This document shows, one piece after another, positions 1 to 13,059 of a DNA stretch of 64,000 bases; the stretch's first letter is position 1, and every line of letters begins with the position of its first letter. Below the pieces are notes generated by a model that was given only the letters and a program-made list of their open reading frames with translations, was not told where the DNA came from and searched no databases. The position numbers and the translations under genes were made by a program. This DNA comes from Eledone cirrhosa (taxonomy: Eukaryota): the NCBI GenBank assembly GCA_964016885.1, contig OZ024742.1, positions 71,114,001-71,178,000 on the forward strand, read 5' to 3'.

Positions 1-1605
1 TTTATGAATTCAACCATTCCATACTAAAAGTAGAAACCATAGTCCAGGTGATAGAGAATTTATTGGTAAGAAGTTTCAAATTTCCTTAACCCTTTGGTAT
101 TTAAACTGGCCATATCCGGCCAGAATTCTGTCACCTCTTTCTGTTCAAACTGGCCATAACCAGCCACACATACTGATGTTAAGTTATTGTTCTCAAAATA
201 AATAATATCAAAATCTCATAAATTCGATATTATGTAAAGACGTTCATATACCAAATTAATATCTACCAACATAATTTGGTATATGAATGTCTTGTTAACT
301 TGTTACTAACATAATCTTAATAATAAATAATTAATAATTTTAGTAAACGCCTCCAAATTCTTCATGAATTAATTTAAATACTGCATATTTCATTATAATT
401 ATGATCAAGAAGGAGTTAATGGAGAAATAAGGGTACTGAGGATAGAGAAGTTCTGGTCTCTTGTGTAATGTTAGGGTAGAGAGGGGGATATTCAGTAGTG
501 AGTTGTAAATATAAACAAATACGATCATGTATCTTATAAGAGGAAATGTTATTTCTAATGAAGTAGTTATATGAATCCAGGCCTGTTGCCAAGCCTTGCA
601 GGGTCCTGCAGAACATTCTGGGTGGAGCACAATAATTCTAATGTGGAGTTTGGGAATAAATATATCACAGTAATTTTTTCTAAATCTGAAAGTATCAACT
701 GAAAAGCGTGTGTATGTGTTGTAAATGCGGTGATACAAGCCCCCCACTCAGCAACTAGCCCATATGAATTACATTTAATCTGGTAAAGATTTGAGGTTCT
801 AAGAGTAAATTCCATGTTCTGTTGACCAATGAACAAGATGGCAATAACGTTATAACGAAGGATATCCAGTCATATCTGCCATTCCACCTCACAGGGCTCC
901 TTCACGTACAACACCTTTATTTCCATTTGTTGAATGAAGGTGGCAATCTGACAATCAAGAACATTAGATGTCTCAACAGCAAAAAATCGAATCTGTGTAG
1001 TAATAACTGGTACTTATTAATGATCTGTCACTTCAAGGTTTATGGTTGAAATGATAAGGTTGATACCAGAGAATGTGTCACAGCACATGGCATTCCTCAT
1101 AAGCTATTTACATATCTTGAATTTAATTATATGACACTTTATATTCTTCAGGTACAATTTGTTGGGGGAGTGGAGAATGTTTCTGTGTATATTTGGCTGT
1201 ATCAATGTATCTGCCTCACCGTCCTAGGGGCAAAATTTTCTCCATTCTGTCAGCTGAGAAACGAAGTGGCCTGCACACGGGCTCACACACACCACAGAAT
1301 GCTCATCCACACCACTCAGGGCCCATATTATTGAAGATAACGATGTTATGGCAGTATTAAAAACATTTTTCCTTTCTTTTTTTAAATTTCATGAGAAACA
1401 TTTAAAAAGAGTTACTGCCCTTTACGGTCTGAGTTCAAATCTTGCCGAGATTAATTTTGCCTTTCATCCTTACGAGGTTGAAAAAATAAAGCACCAGTAA
1501 TACACTGGAATAATTGCTGGCCTTGTGCCAAAAGTAGAAACAATTATTAAAAGACACCCACACCGATTTCGGTAGAAAATAACTTTTTTCATCGTTTTTT
1601 TTTTA

Positions 1606-1928
1606 ATGTGCTATCAATTAAAATTTCCTCCTAATATTGCCCTAAGGACTTTTTCCTCGGAAAAGGAAGGGCGGACATTCGGACATTTCACCCACCCCCA
1701 ATCAAGTTTTTTGCACCATTTCATTTTCCATCCTTCAAAGGATTTTTTTCTTGGAAAACGAAGAGCGAAGAGAGGTGTTCGGACCTGCCCTTTCTCGGAG
1801 TTTCCTTTACGCCCTAACCCTAACTCAACCTCCCAGGGAGGGTGTGTATGTGCGAAACGTTCGGGTGTATATTCTCCGTTTTCGGGGGGGGGGGAGTCCT
1901 TAGAAGGTAAGTTTAATTGATAGTGCAC
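1606..1928. mobile_element. MITE-like element with terminal inverted repeats and internal CCCTAA repeats
   Basis: Ends gtgctatcaattaaa and tttaattgatagtgcac are inverted; GC-rich interior with ccctaaccctaac. Confidence 0.6.
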
Positions 1929-2129
1929 AAAAAAAGAAAAAAGAAAACGATGAAAAAAATAATTTCCCTCTGAAATAGGTGGGTGTGTCTTTCTATAATA
2001 ACACCAAAATATTTTCTATTTCCTTTCTTTTAAAAATTTTATACAAAATATACATTATATTCACTTAAAAAAGTAACAACTAAAAGAATCTAGTTTCACT
2101 CTACATTATCATTTCAAGTTTTCCCAGCA

Positions 2130-2457
2130 TTTCTCAGCCTTGTGGAACCTTGAAATCCCGAATCCAGGGTCATCTAATTCTTGTTGGAGGAACTCCTCCC
2201 TGGCTGACTTCCACCGCTACCTATCTCTGGCCACACTGGACTATGTGGGGTCGCAGTATCGAGTCAGAGCATCGTGCAAACGGGCTTTTGGCCGCCCTCA
2301 GTTTTTCTCCACTGCCTTGGTCACTCTAATAGAATCGCTTGTTGTCTCAGAAACGAGAGACTTGACCAGCCCATTTTTGTTTGCTCTTCTTGATGGTCTC
2401 GATTATGTCCTTCATGCCGAGAATTATTCGCTCCAAGTACAGGGAATCTCTACATAA
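2130..2457 (-). mobile_element. Decayed RTE-type LINE 3' fragment
   Basis: Minus-strand translation KDIIETIKKSKQKWAGQVSR...GRPKAR...ARDR*RW, with stops. Confidence 0.6.
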
Positions 2458-2757
2458 AAATTATTATATACCATAATTAAAATATATTTTTTAATATAAG
2501 AGGCTGAAACCTTTATTATAATAACCAAGGATTTTTCAACAATATGCCGTACGTGTATTGTAAAATTACCAATATAAAATTAAACAAAGATAATAAAAAT
2601 TGCTTTAGCTTATTTATCAGTTTCTCGCGGAACCGGTTGCGATAAGTAGAGCTATACATTTTTACTGAAATATCATTGGAAGACATTCAACATTGCAGAG
2701 CCAATGATTTTCATTACTGAAGAGCTCCACACTGTAATTAACTCCCTCACGTAGACG

Positions 2758-2763
2758 CACGTG
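2758..2763. promoter_or_regulatory. Canonical E-box (CACGTG) just upstream of the fibrillarin ATG
   Basis: CACGTG at 2758; further copies at 3348 and 3731 in a locally CpG-richer stretch. Confidence 0.4.
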
Positions 2764-2793
2764 GACGATTTTATTTCTACACAATTAACTGAA

Positions 2794-2806
2794 ATGGGTC
2801 CTCCCG
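2794..2806 (+). CDS. FBL: Fibrillarin exon 1 (MGPPG)
   Basis: ATG GGT CCT CCC G|gtaagt; phase 1 joins exon 2 to give MGPPGFSPRGG, matching the fibrillarin N-terminus (human MKPGFSPRGG). Confidence 0.85.
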
Positions 2807-4767
2807 GTAAGTCTTACTTGCTAACATGTATAAATATTATTTTTGGAATCAATTTATTAGGAATTTTAATTTTTTGTACAATTGAAGTTTCTTTCACAAT
2901 ATTTTTCTTTATGATATATTTTTAAGCTGTTGCTTAATTCTGCTGTTTATGTTCGTGTAATATATATACGGCGCATATGCAATGAATCCGATGAATGCTA
3001 CGAGATATTTTCGTTTTATTTGTAGTTTCCATATCAATAAATCTGATATAGTATTTGAAATTAATTTCAAGTACTGTATCAGATTTATTTATATCGAAGC
3101 TAAAAACAATGTATATTTATTTTAATGAAACTATAACTTTTATTTGATGAGATAAGACGTACAGGATGCATGAAACATTTCTGTATTATTGTAGTACTTA
3201 TCATTAACGAAGTCAAAAGATATTTTATTTATTGATCAGCCTTATGAAACTATATATTGCCTATTAAGTTGTATTATGACCATTCACCTATAAAGTTTTT
3301 AACCCTTGCACTTAAATACTAATAGTCTAATGAGTGTGTATAAAATACACGTGTCGTTATTTTCACATCACGATACCCAATGTCAATTTCATATTACGAC
3401 AATTGTGTTTAGCATTATAATATAACCTATCATCCAAATATATAGCATAATAATGTAATCTATAATTCAAATATATATTTTGTATGGGACGAATTATATA
3501 TACAACTCCTGTTACGTTTATATATATATATATGCATACAGAATTTGTTTTTAGGAAGTTTTTTGAATTTGAAAGTTAGAAGCATCAACGTTGTTTTATT
3601 GAAAAATAAAAAAAAGTTATGCATATAAATCCTGGAGACGGAAAAAATGTGTACCGCACCACCCGTTGAGACTACTAACATGCAAAAAAAAAACGAAAAA
3701 AAAAAAATAATAAACGGCTCAATTTCGGAACACGTGGGGAAACGACTTGTTAATAGTTCAGACAAATGAACAATATGCCGTGTCGATTTTTGGATTATTT
3801 TCTGAATGTTTGAGACATTTAGAATATTTGTATCCGTTTGAATGAAGTAGAAATTTATATCTTTTTAGGTCCGCTTTCCATGCTGGCATGGATTAGACTG
3901 GACATCACACTGAGAGAAGACATCTTTAGATAACTACATCTTGTTTATACGTTCCATATTTTGGTGTGGCAAACAAATGGTTGAGAGGACTCTTCAGTTG
4001 TATCAAGGATGTGTCATGTCTTCTATAGCCTCAGACTGATAAACGCTGTGTGAGTGAAGTTGGTAGACGTAGACAGTGCAGAAGTCTGCCGTGTATCTCG
4101 CACTGACATCGCTGATGATGGTTGTTCATATCCAATGTCCCACAGTGGATTAACCTGTAAAGTACCTTTAAAACAAGCATTGCTGCTAGGAAGGACAGCT
4201 CCGTCTATAGAAAACCTCAACAGTCTCGTCCAACTTATGCAAACACGGAAAGACGGGTATAAAAATGACGAATTGAATAAGATCTGTGTAAAATGATTTA
4301 ATATTGATGCAAACAGGGAGCAAAGTATTAAATATACCATCTTGTTCACATGTTCTATATTTGGCTTGGTTTCTACAGACGGATGTCCTTCCTAATGAAA
4401 ACCACTTTAAAAAGTGAACTGGGTGCGTTTTATTGTGGCACCAACACTTACCATTTTATAGCGTAATGGGTACATTTTACTACAGCATCAGCACTTCCAC
4501 TTTACAGACAGTATTATATCTGATTGTTGCTCCAGATATTCCACAGAACTTCATACATTGAAAGACACAAACAAATATTACTAGCAGTGTCAATGTGAAG
4601 ACAGATGGTGAGACATAAAGTACAAAGGAAGTGGACTATGTCTTGTAGTATTAGTTCTGGATGATTGTGTTCCAAGTTCAAATCAAATCTTTCAGGTCAG
4701 ATCTGTTTTATGATTTGAAGATACCTTCCTCTCCTACTAAGGTCAGTTCTACTGTTTAAAAGTGCCA

Positions 4768-5186
4768 TAACATTTTAGCATTTCCATTACTCTATATATA
4801 CTATTGTATTTTCGAAATAAAGGCTTTATCTCGCATAATATTGAATATGAGATTTTGATGTTCTTTATTTTGAGAAAAATACCGTAACCCTTTAGCATTT
4901 AAACCAGCCTTATCCAGCCAGAATTCTCTCACCTCTTTCTTTCTGTTCTCACTGGCCGCTCATACTGATGTTAAGGTATTGTGCTCAAAATAAATATCAT
5001 CAAAATCTCTTAGATTCGATATTATGTGAGATAAAACCTTTACCATAAAAATACAATAGTGTTTATAGAGTAATGTAAATGTTAAAGGGTTAACATCAGT
5101 ATGAGGGGCTGGTTACAGCTGGTTTGAACAGGAAGAGGTGAGAGAATTCTGGCTGCATATGGCCGGTTTAAATGCTATAGGGTTAA
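4768..5186. mobile_element. Cluster of ~200-bp piggyBac-type MITEs
   Basis: TIRs ttaaccctttagcatt / aatgctaaagggttaa; other copies at ~86-240, 5711-5873, 6985-7222, 12433-12651, 18620-18822 and 58540-58754. Confidence 0.85.
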
Positions 5187-6035
5187 TCGCCCCACTGAGG
5201 TATATGGTTCGAAGGTACCTTCCGCTTATATTGAGTTATATAATGGTTGAAACTAAAAATTGATGGATCAGTTTTAATATTGTATCTCGCACTGACATCG
5301 CTGATGATGGTTGTTCACATCCAATGTCCCACAGTGGATTAACCTGTAAAGTACCTTTAAAACAAGCATTGCTGCTAGGAAGGACAGCTCCGTCTATAGA
5401 AAACCTCAACAGTCTCGTCCAACTTATGCAAACACGGAAAGACGGGTATAAAAATGTTCTGGTGTTTATTTTTCCAAGTTGAGTAAAATTGTATTTTTTA
5501 GTGACTGAAATGTTAATCAACTAGCTTGTCTTGTTAACACTTACTAGCTTGTTATTTTAGTTATATGATGTAGGGCCTAGTGGTTTGTGTTGGATTCAGG
5601 ATCATAGGGTTGTGGGCTCAGTTTTTGGACTGGACAGTGTTGTCGTTTAAGTTGCTTCATTTCATGTTGCTGCACTTTTTATGATAGGATTGGGGCCCTT
5701 ATTAAAACATTTAACCCTTTAGCATTTATATTACTCTATATATACTATTGTATTTTGTGCTAGAGGCTTTTGAGGTTATTTATTACCTTAACGTCAGTGT
5801 GAGCGGCCAATTACAGCCAGTTTGAACAGTAAGAGGTGAGAGGATTCTGGCCAGTTTAAATGCTAACGAATTAAGAAAACTCTTATGAGATGCAACCTTG
5901 TATGAGGCCGATTAAACTTGCATCGATGTGGGCTGTAAATTTCATTTTGTTCACTGACATTGTTTGTGTGTGACCTCATGCCAGATGAAAGTAATTCATG
6001 CAATGCCATTTAAAATATTGCTTTCTCTTTGACAG

Positions 6036-6236
6036 GATTTTCACCTCGTGGTGGTTTTGGTGGTGGTCGTGGAGGTGGTGGTAGAGGTGGAGGCTTTGGT
6101 GGTCGTGGAGGTGGACGTGGTGGCTTTGGTGGTCGTGGAGGAGGCCGTGGTGGTAGTGATCGTGGTGGTTTTGGTGGTCGTGGAGGCTTTGGTGGTCGTG
6201 GCGGTTTTGGTGGTCGTGGAGGTGGAAGAGGACGGG
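6036..6236 (+). CDS. FBL: Fibrillarin exon 2, GAR/RGG domain
   Basis: ttgacag acceptor; FSPRGGFGGGRGG... repeats; donor G|gtaagt. Confidence 0.95.
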
Positions 6237-6603
6237 GTAAGTATATCTTTTTAACAGTCTAATTCTTACATGTATACTATCTTTAGTGATGACCTGGCAA
6301 TTGTTACAGCATAGAACAAAATGCCTGGTAGTATTGCATTTGTTTCAACTCAGCGGTCAATGTCTATATTCCCTTTCATCCTTTCAGGGTTGATAAAATA
6401 TAGTACCAGTGAATTGACGGAATTGGCATTAGATGAGGTGCTCCGGCATTCTGAGTTCAAATATTGCTGTAGCCTAATTTCTTGCTTAAAACACCACTTT
6501 GCTCTTGGTGCGATTAACAGAAGTCAATTTGTTGCAAGCATTCACACTAGGTTTCCAATTTGAGGATTTTATCCTAAACAATCATGGCAACCTACAAATA
6601 TGC

Positions 6604-6780
6604 GATGGGCTCTGCTTTTCCCTCAACCAGTTGTGGAAACCCTGAAATATCTGATTGGTATTGCCTCTCCTTTCCCTAAACTAGTTATGGAAACCCTGAA
6701 ATATTTGATGGATGCTGCCCCTCCCTAAACCAGTGATGGAAACCCTAAAATATCTGATGGGTACTGCTCCTCCCTCTCTG
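6604..6780. repeat. Degenerate ~50-bp tandem repeat, ~3.5 copies
   Basis: Recurrent ccctaaaccagt..tggaaaccctgaaatatctgatgg. Confidence 0.8.
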
Positions 6781-6878
6781 AACAAACAGTAAATACATAA
6801 TTTAAATTGTCATTACTGCTGATGATGATAGCTGTTCTAAGTGATACAATTCTTGAAAAGTTGACTTTTGTATTTTAG

Positions 6879-6932
6879 GTGGTGGTATGCGAGGTGGAAA
6901 GAAAGTTATGATTGAACCTCACAGACATGAAG
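6879..6932 (+). CDS. FBL: Fibrillarin exon 3 (GGGMRGGKKVMIEPHRHE)
   Basis: ttttag acceptor, conserved EPHRH motif, donor G|gttggt; phases match both neighbours. Confidence 0.95.
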
Positions 6933-7280
6933 GTTGGTACCAGTCTCTAACATATAATGTTCATTTTAACACATGTCTATGTGTTTAACCCTTTAGCATT
7001 TACATTACTCTCTTGCAAGCAGGGAAAAGCGGGCGTAAAATGATGATGAATTGATGTTTACTATTGCATTTTCACGGTAAAGGCTTTATCTCACATAACA
7101 TTGAAGCTGCAGATTTTGATGGTATTTATTTTGAGAACAATACCTTAACATTGGTGTGAACGGCCGGTTTCATCTGATTTGAAAGGGGGTGAGAGAATTC
7201 TGGCTGAATATGGTCAGTTTAACCCTTTAGCATTCACATTAATTTTCAAATGTCATGCTTATCTATTCACATTATTTTGA

Positions 7281-7465
7281 GGATTGGCAGTATCGGTAGA
7301 CGGTCGGACGCCATGCTTTGACGCATTGAGTTACGGCCCTTGCCATTCTGAGTTCAAATCCCGCCGAGGTTAACTTTGCCTTTCATCCTTACGGGGTCGA
7401 TAAAATAAAGTACCAGTAATGCACTGGGTAATTGCTGGCCTTGTGCCAAAAATAGAAACAATTAT
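7281..7465 (+). mobile_element. tRNA-derived SINE inserted in the piggyBac
   Basis: A-box-like tggcagtatcggtag, B-box gagttcaaatccc, central gcctttcatccttacggggtcgataaa; TSD attattttga; relatives at ~1410-1548, 39130-39290, 52960-53090 and 62670-62830. Confidence 0.85.
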
Positions 7466-8996
7466 TTTGAGTTAATCATACTCAAGAGGGTTATCAATTT
7501 TGTTTGTAGTTTTCTTAATTTTTTATGTGCAGACTTGAAATTTTGTCAGATGTTAAAATATCAATTTCCAATTGTATATTTTTACTGATTTATTTTTTAT
7601 TTTTTTTTATTTTTTTTTATTTTTAAATTTGGTGAAATTAATTAACAGGTGTAAAAGTAATGATGTTATGGATAAGCACAAAAATTTAAACTTTATCTAA
7701 CTTACCTGTTAGATTTGTTACAAAAATTATCCAACAATGACCTAGAATGACTTCCAACAATTTTAGCACTTTTCCGAACAGGTGAATTAATTTAAAATGC
7801 AGGTATAATCAGTACACAGTTTTAATCTGTCTGTACATTTCATTGAAAAAAATGTATAAAACCCTTTCACCAGTCAAAATAATATTGGCAATGTACTCAG
7901 TAGATTTTAAAAGAATGTGCTCAATATATAGTTCATTAACAGGTGAATGCAGGTGTTTTTATATCTAATGTGTTCCAATATATTTTTAAAATATTTTTTT
8001 CAATATTGTCAGACAATATTTCTATCATGATATTGGCCAAAACAGCCTTTACATAATGGCACTTTGCAAAAAGAACACATAAATGTGGTTTGAATTGCAT
8101 AACCTTTAACCGTTTTTCTCTTTTGCAAAGAGCACCTTCAGCAAACCTTCTTCCTCCCATTAATTTTCTCCACTTTGTGAAAATCAATATTTTCTTTGTT
8201 CACCTCAGATAATTTTGACTTTCTCCCAGCTTTGTGTTTGTGAGAAGTATATCCTCCACATAGCTGAGATGTGACATCTACACAAAATTTCATGTGGCTG
8301 TAGTCCTTTGGTGGTGGCGGATCCTTGTGGCTTTTAGTGAATACAATAAAAGAATTCACAATGGTTAAATTCCCTAAAATCCACAAGATATATCTCCACC
8401 GTTTCTTTCCAGGGCGTCCAACTGGGTAATACGCACAATATTGGTCAAATTTGTCAATCCCACCCATATATTTATTATAGGAGAGGTTGACTAAAGGTTT
8501 ACCTTCAGCCCCAACTCCTGGTTGTTGGTTAGAAGATAGGAACAAAATTTGCTGTTTGTCTTTGTACAATGTGGCTAACATGTTCCCTTTTTGTGCTTGG
8601 AGAATGTCGCCTCTCTTTTTAAATTTTGTGACTTTTATTTCTTGGGGTAGCTCTTTGCGATTCCCCATTATTGTACCGCAGGTGTACGTATTTACGAGGG
8701 CAAGATCCTCTGTAAGAAGCACTGAAGAAAAAAAACAGTCAAAATATATGTGTCTGTGTTAAGAGACCCCAATCCATTTTCTCTCTCTCCGTTGTGTTTC
8801 TTTCCTGTGTAAACATCAAAGTTTGCACAGTAGCCTGTGTCCGATTGACAGAGTTCCCACACCTTGATGCCCCATTTGGTGGGTTTAGCTGGCATACATT
8901 GTCTGAAATGTACTCTACCCTTATACCCAATCATAGCTTCATCAACACTAAGATTTTTCCCAGGTATATATACTGTTTTAAATTTTTCAGATAGCA

Positions 8997-10496
8997 TCTA
9001 TACTATAATAAAGTAAGGAGCGCGGTTCTGCGTATGGTTTATAATTTTTTTATCCCATTAGTAAAATAAGTTGGATTACTTTGAATAAATATTACATATT
9101 TTATTTACTAAATTTCGTGGCTGTTTATTAAATATATTTTGTTTATTTAACCCTTTAGTGTTCAAATCGCCCGAAATTATTTCCCCTTCATTTGTTCAAA
9201 TCGCCCAATAACACCCACACTAAAAAATCATTCTAAAAATAAACAAACTATCATCAAAATCTCGTCAATTCGAGATTACTGTGAGATTAGGCCCTTACGC
9301 GAAAATTAACACTTAATATAGTGAAACAACTTAAAAGGTGTTTTTTTTAAACTTTGAAAGTACAATTTTTTTTTTTTTTTTTTTTTTTGTATTAACATGG
9401 CTTATGAAAGTAGCGATACCGACTTTGAAGGTTTTACACACGACAACATTTAGAATAAACAAGAAAATAACGATAATATTAGGGGTTTATCTTCAAATGA
9501 ATCTGATGTTTATATTTCTGAAATTTCGTCCGACGATGATTGTTTTGAAAGTGAAAACGGAGATCTCCAGGACGCCGTTCAAAACATTACAGCAACGTGG
9601 TTGAAAAATACCACGCTAATATATGTTCCCGATTTTATTAAAAATACTGGTCCACAACACACATTAGCTCTCGATGCTAAAGCACTGGGTTATTTCTTTT
9701 TGTTTTTACCACAAACTTTCTTTGAAGTTGTGGCAGAAGAGATTAATCGATATGCCCAATAACAGATTTCAAATCGAGGAAAACCCGATCTGTTTGGCGA
9801 CCGACATGCGGAAATGCAAGCATTTTTTACCATAAATATGATGTTCGGTATAAAACAATTTCCAAGACTGTGGAATTACTGGAACACTGATATAAGGTTT
9901 AGTGATCCTTATATATCAAGTATTATGCCAAAAACAATGTATTTAAAATTAAACCAGTATTTGCACCTGGTTGATACTTCAAATACCCCTATTAATTAAT
10001 TTCACCTGCCCATAAAAGTCAAATTTGACAAAAAAAATCAGGTAAAATTATATAATTGTAAATTATTGATATTTAAACATCTACTGATAAAATTTCAAGC
10101 CTGCACATAGAAAATTAAGAAAATTACAAACAAATAAAATTGATAACCCTCTTGAGTATGATTAACTCAAATTAATGCGAAGGCTAAAGGGTTAAAGATT
10201 TACTTCTTTAAAATTTCTGAAATGTCAACACTTCCGGTTGGCCATCGCTTAAATAAACATACTAATTTTCTCCTAATGCAGTTTATATATAATATCGTCT
10301 TTTTTAATGTATCATGGATTACGTTACTGATTAAATAAGACAGTGTAACGTCCGTTCAATTTCTATGTATTATATATTGTCAATTACGATTTTATTTGAT
10401 GTATCATATCTACATGTATATATACCTGCATATAATATCAATATACACACTACACATGCTAGCAGGAAACCACCCGAAGGGTGGTTTTTCTGCTAG
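8997..10496 (+). mobile_element. Non-autonomous Helitron
   Basis: 5' TCTATACTATAATAAAG, 3' hairpin aaaccaccc-gaa-gggtggttt then CTAG; inserted between A and T without TSD; removing it restores the transposase VRP.IKMLSEKFK. Confidence 0.88.
9151..10191 (+). mobile_element. Internally deleted piggyBac nested in the Helitron
   Basis: TTAA-flanked TIRs; decayed transposase N-terminus (FGIKQFPRLWNYW). Confidence 0.88.
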
Positions 10497-12432
10497 TTTT
10501 AATTCATGGTCGAACTTTATACAGTGGGTCATAATTCAATTCATTTCTACCGGGGGCATTTGAAGTATCAACCAGGTCAAATACTGGTTTAATTTTGAAT
10601 ACCTTGTTTTTGCCATAATACTTGATATATCAGTGCTCCAGTAATTCCACAGTCTTGGAAATTGCTTTATACCAAACATAATATTTATGGTAAAAAATGC
10701 ATCTCTGCAGCATCTGTCAGTTGCCATAACAGATCGGGTTTTTTTTTCGATTTGAAATCTGTTGATGGGCATATCGATTAGTCTCTTTTGCCACAACTTC
10801 GAAGAAAGTTTGTGGCAAAAACAAAAAGAAATGATCCAGTGCTTTAGCATCAGGAGGTAATGTGTGTTGTGGACCAGTATTTTCAATAAAAATCGGGAAC
10901 ATGTATAGGTGTGGTATTTTTCGACCACGTTGCTGTAATATATCTTCAATGGCGTCCTGGAGATCTTCATTTTCACTTTCAGAAATTTCAGAAATGTAAA
11001 CATCTGATTCATTTGAGGATAAATCACTCATATTATCTTTTGTTTCTTGTTTATTTTGAATGTTGTTTCACTATGTTAAGTGTTAATTTTTGCGGTAAGG
11101 GCCTAATCTCGCAGTAATCTCAAATTGATGAGATTTTGATGACAGTATTGTTTATTTTTAGAACAATATTTTAGGGGAAATAATTGCGGCCGGTTTGAAT
11201 GCTAAAGGGTTAAGTTGTTTGCTTTGCAACCACACAGTTGCATGTTCAAATCCAATGTGGCACTTGTCACTGAACTTTTTGGGTTTGTAAGAAAACCTAT
11301 TGCATATATATATATAGAAGAGAGGTGGGGCCCAACAGCTGAGCCTCTTATCTTTTGACAGCAAATTCCAGACTCAGGAATTAGCTGTTGAAATGGCCCG
11401 AGAGCTCAGCCGTCAGACCTCGACTCTACACTATATTTAGACACTACTATCCCAAGTATCAAGTTCTCTGCTGAACAATGAATGGTCTTACTAGTTTAAA
11501 ACTAGTATTATCCTGATCTATCTCTATATATATATATGGTGATAGGAAAGGCTTCTAGTGGCAACAAGCCTGCTGACTGAAGTGTTGGGAGGACCCCTTC
11601 AGTTGTCAAAATCATGACAACTTCTCTAATGCTGGTGTCATGATAAAATACATTTGGTACAGCGTTGGACCGTATGCAAGCGAAATGCAGACCTCCGCCC
11701 TCTCTGAAGGCCTATCCAACCCTTGCTAACAAGGAAAATGGACATTATAGGATGACGGTTGTATATCATCGTTTAATGTCTATTTTCTCTGCTGGCAGTG
11801 TATGTGTATGTGCGTCACTCATTGCGTACATCTATATTGCCAACATTTAAAAAGCCTGAGGTGATGGTTTTTTTATGTCGATCATAAACAATACATACAT
11901 CTACCGTACAAAAGTATAAGTTGCTTTCAGAAATGGCATCGGGCTAAAGAATTATTGCTTCTGAAAAAAGTTTTGGCCAACCTATGCTACAATTGGAAAG
12001 TGGATTTAATATCAATGATGATGCTTCATTGTATGTATTTAATTCATTGCTCTCTGATCCCGCCTTTATTGAGAAGCGAATAACACCCATATTTGTGATA
12101 TGGAGGCTATTCGTTATTGATGTAAAATGCTCAGTAGTTGGATGAATTAAGAAGCTATTTTTAATTTAAACCCAAACCAATCGGGTGTTACTTTTGGTTG
12201 AATAAGTTACACACTGCTACTAATTATTTTAGTTGAGAAAGAGAGCAACACTTTTTATAACATGGCTTCAGCCGGATGGCTGAAACAGGTAAAAGGGTAA
12301 AAGAGTAAACAAATATGGTATCAGAAAGCAAAACTGAAACTATTTTCAAAGGCTTTACTGAGATTGATTTAGTTGGAGCACAAAAACATTGAGATGTGTA
12401 TTGAAAATGAACAAAATTTATCAGACATTGAT

Positions 12433-12651
12433 TTAACCCTGTAGCATTTATATTATATATACTGTTGTATTTTCATGGTAAAGGCTTTATTTCACATAAT
12501 TATCTCACATAATATCCAATCTGAGATTTTGATATTTATTTTGAGAACAATACCTTAACCTCGGTATGAGTGACCAATTATGGCCGGTTTGAACAGAAAG
12601 AAGTGAGAGAATTCTAGCCTGATATGACCGGTTTAAATGCTAAAGGGTTAA
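12433..12651. mobile_element. piggyBac-type MITE with TTAA target duplication
   Basis: TTAA on both sides; the paralogous host sequence at ~14730-14760 shows the empty TTAA site. Confidence 0.9.
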
Positions 12652-12964
12652 TGTTAAAATGATGATGTATCGCTGATGAATTTAACCGAAAACAAAGATG
12701 ACTGATGATGGTGACAAAGCATATATTGGAATGGAGTGATCAATTTTCTGAAGACAGAAGTCAAGGTTGATACATTCAGATGAAATATTAGATCTGTAAA
12801 TATTCTAGATGTTAAGAAAGAACTAGATTTTTTTTTCAAATATTAAAGATGTATTTGATTTGATGGCAAATGAAACGAACAAATACAGAAAATATTTTTT
12901 TCATGTTTTAGCTCATGTTTTATATTATTTAATTAATAATAATTCTTAACTTTGCCTCCATCAG

Positions 12965-13059
12965 GTGTTTTTATTGCTCGTGGTAAAGAGGATGTATTGG
13001 TTACCAGAAATATGGTTGTTGGAGACAGTGTATATGGTGAGAAAAAAATTGTTGTGGAG
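12965..13059 (+). CDS. FBL: Fibrillarin exon 4 ([32 protein letters not shown])
   Basis: catcag acceptor, conserved GKED and SVYGEK motifs, donor gtaagg. Confidence 0.96.

Larger units (their letters stand above)
7223..11209 (-). mobile_element. Defective piggyBac (PGBD4-like) transposon with nested insertions
   Basis: CCC...GGG TIRs with TTAA flanks; transposase fragments LSVDEAMIGYKGR, PAKPTKWGIKVW, YNKYMGGIDKFDQ and a C-terminal Cys-rich region; frameshifted. Confidence 0.92.

Noticed and set aside
340-1340. Short ORFs and a possible LTR/PPT (gggggagtggagaa|tgt near 1178)
   Set aside because: No recognisable protein motif, TSD or matching LTR; left as an unclassified decayed repeat.
6286-6460. 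Possible intronic box C/D snoRNA (GTGATGA) in fibrillarin intron 2
   Set aside because: No D box with a terminal stem at a suitable distance; the downstream CTGA belongs to a SINE. A snoscan/Infernal search would be needed.
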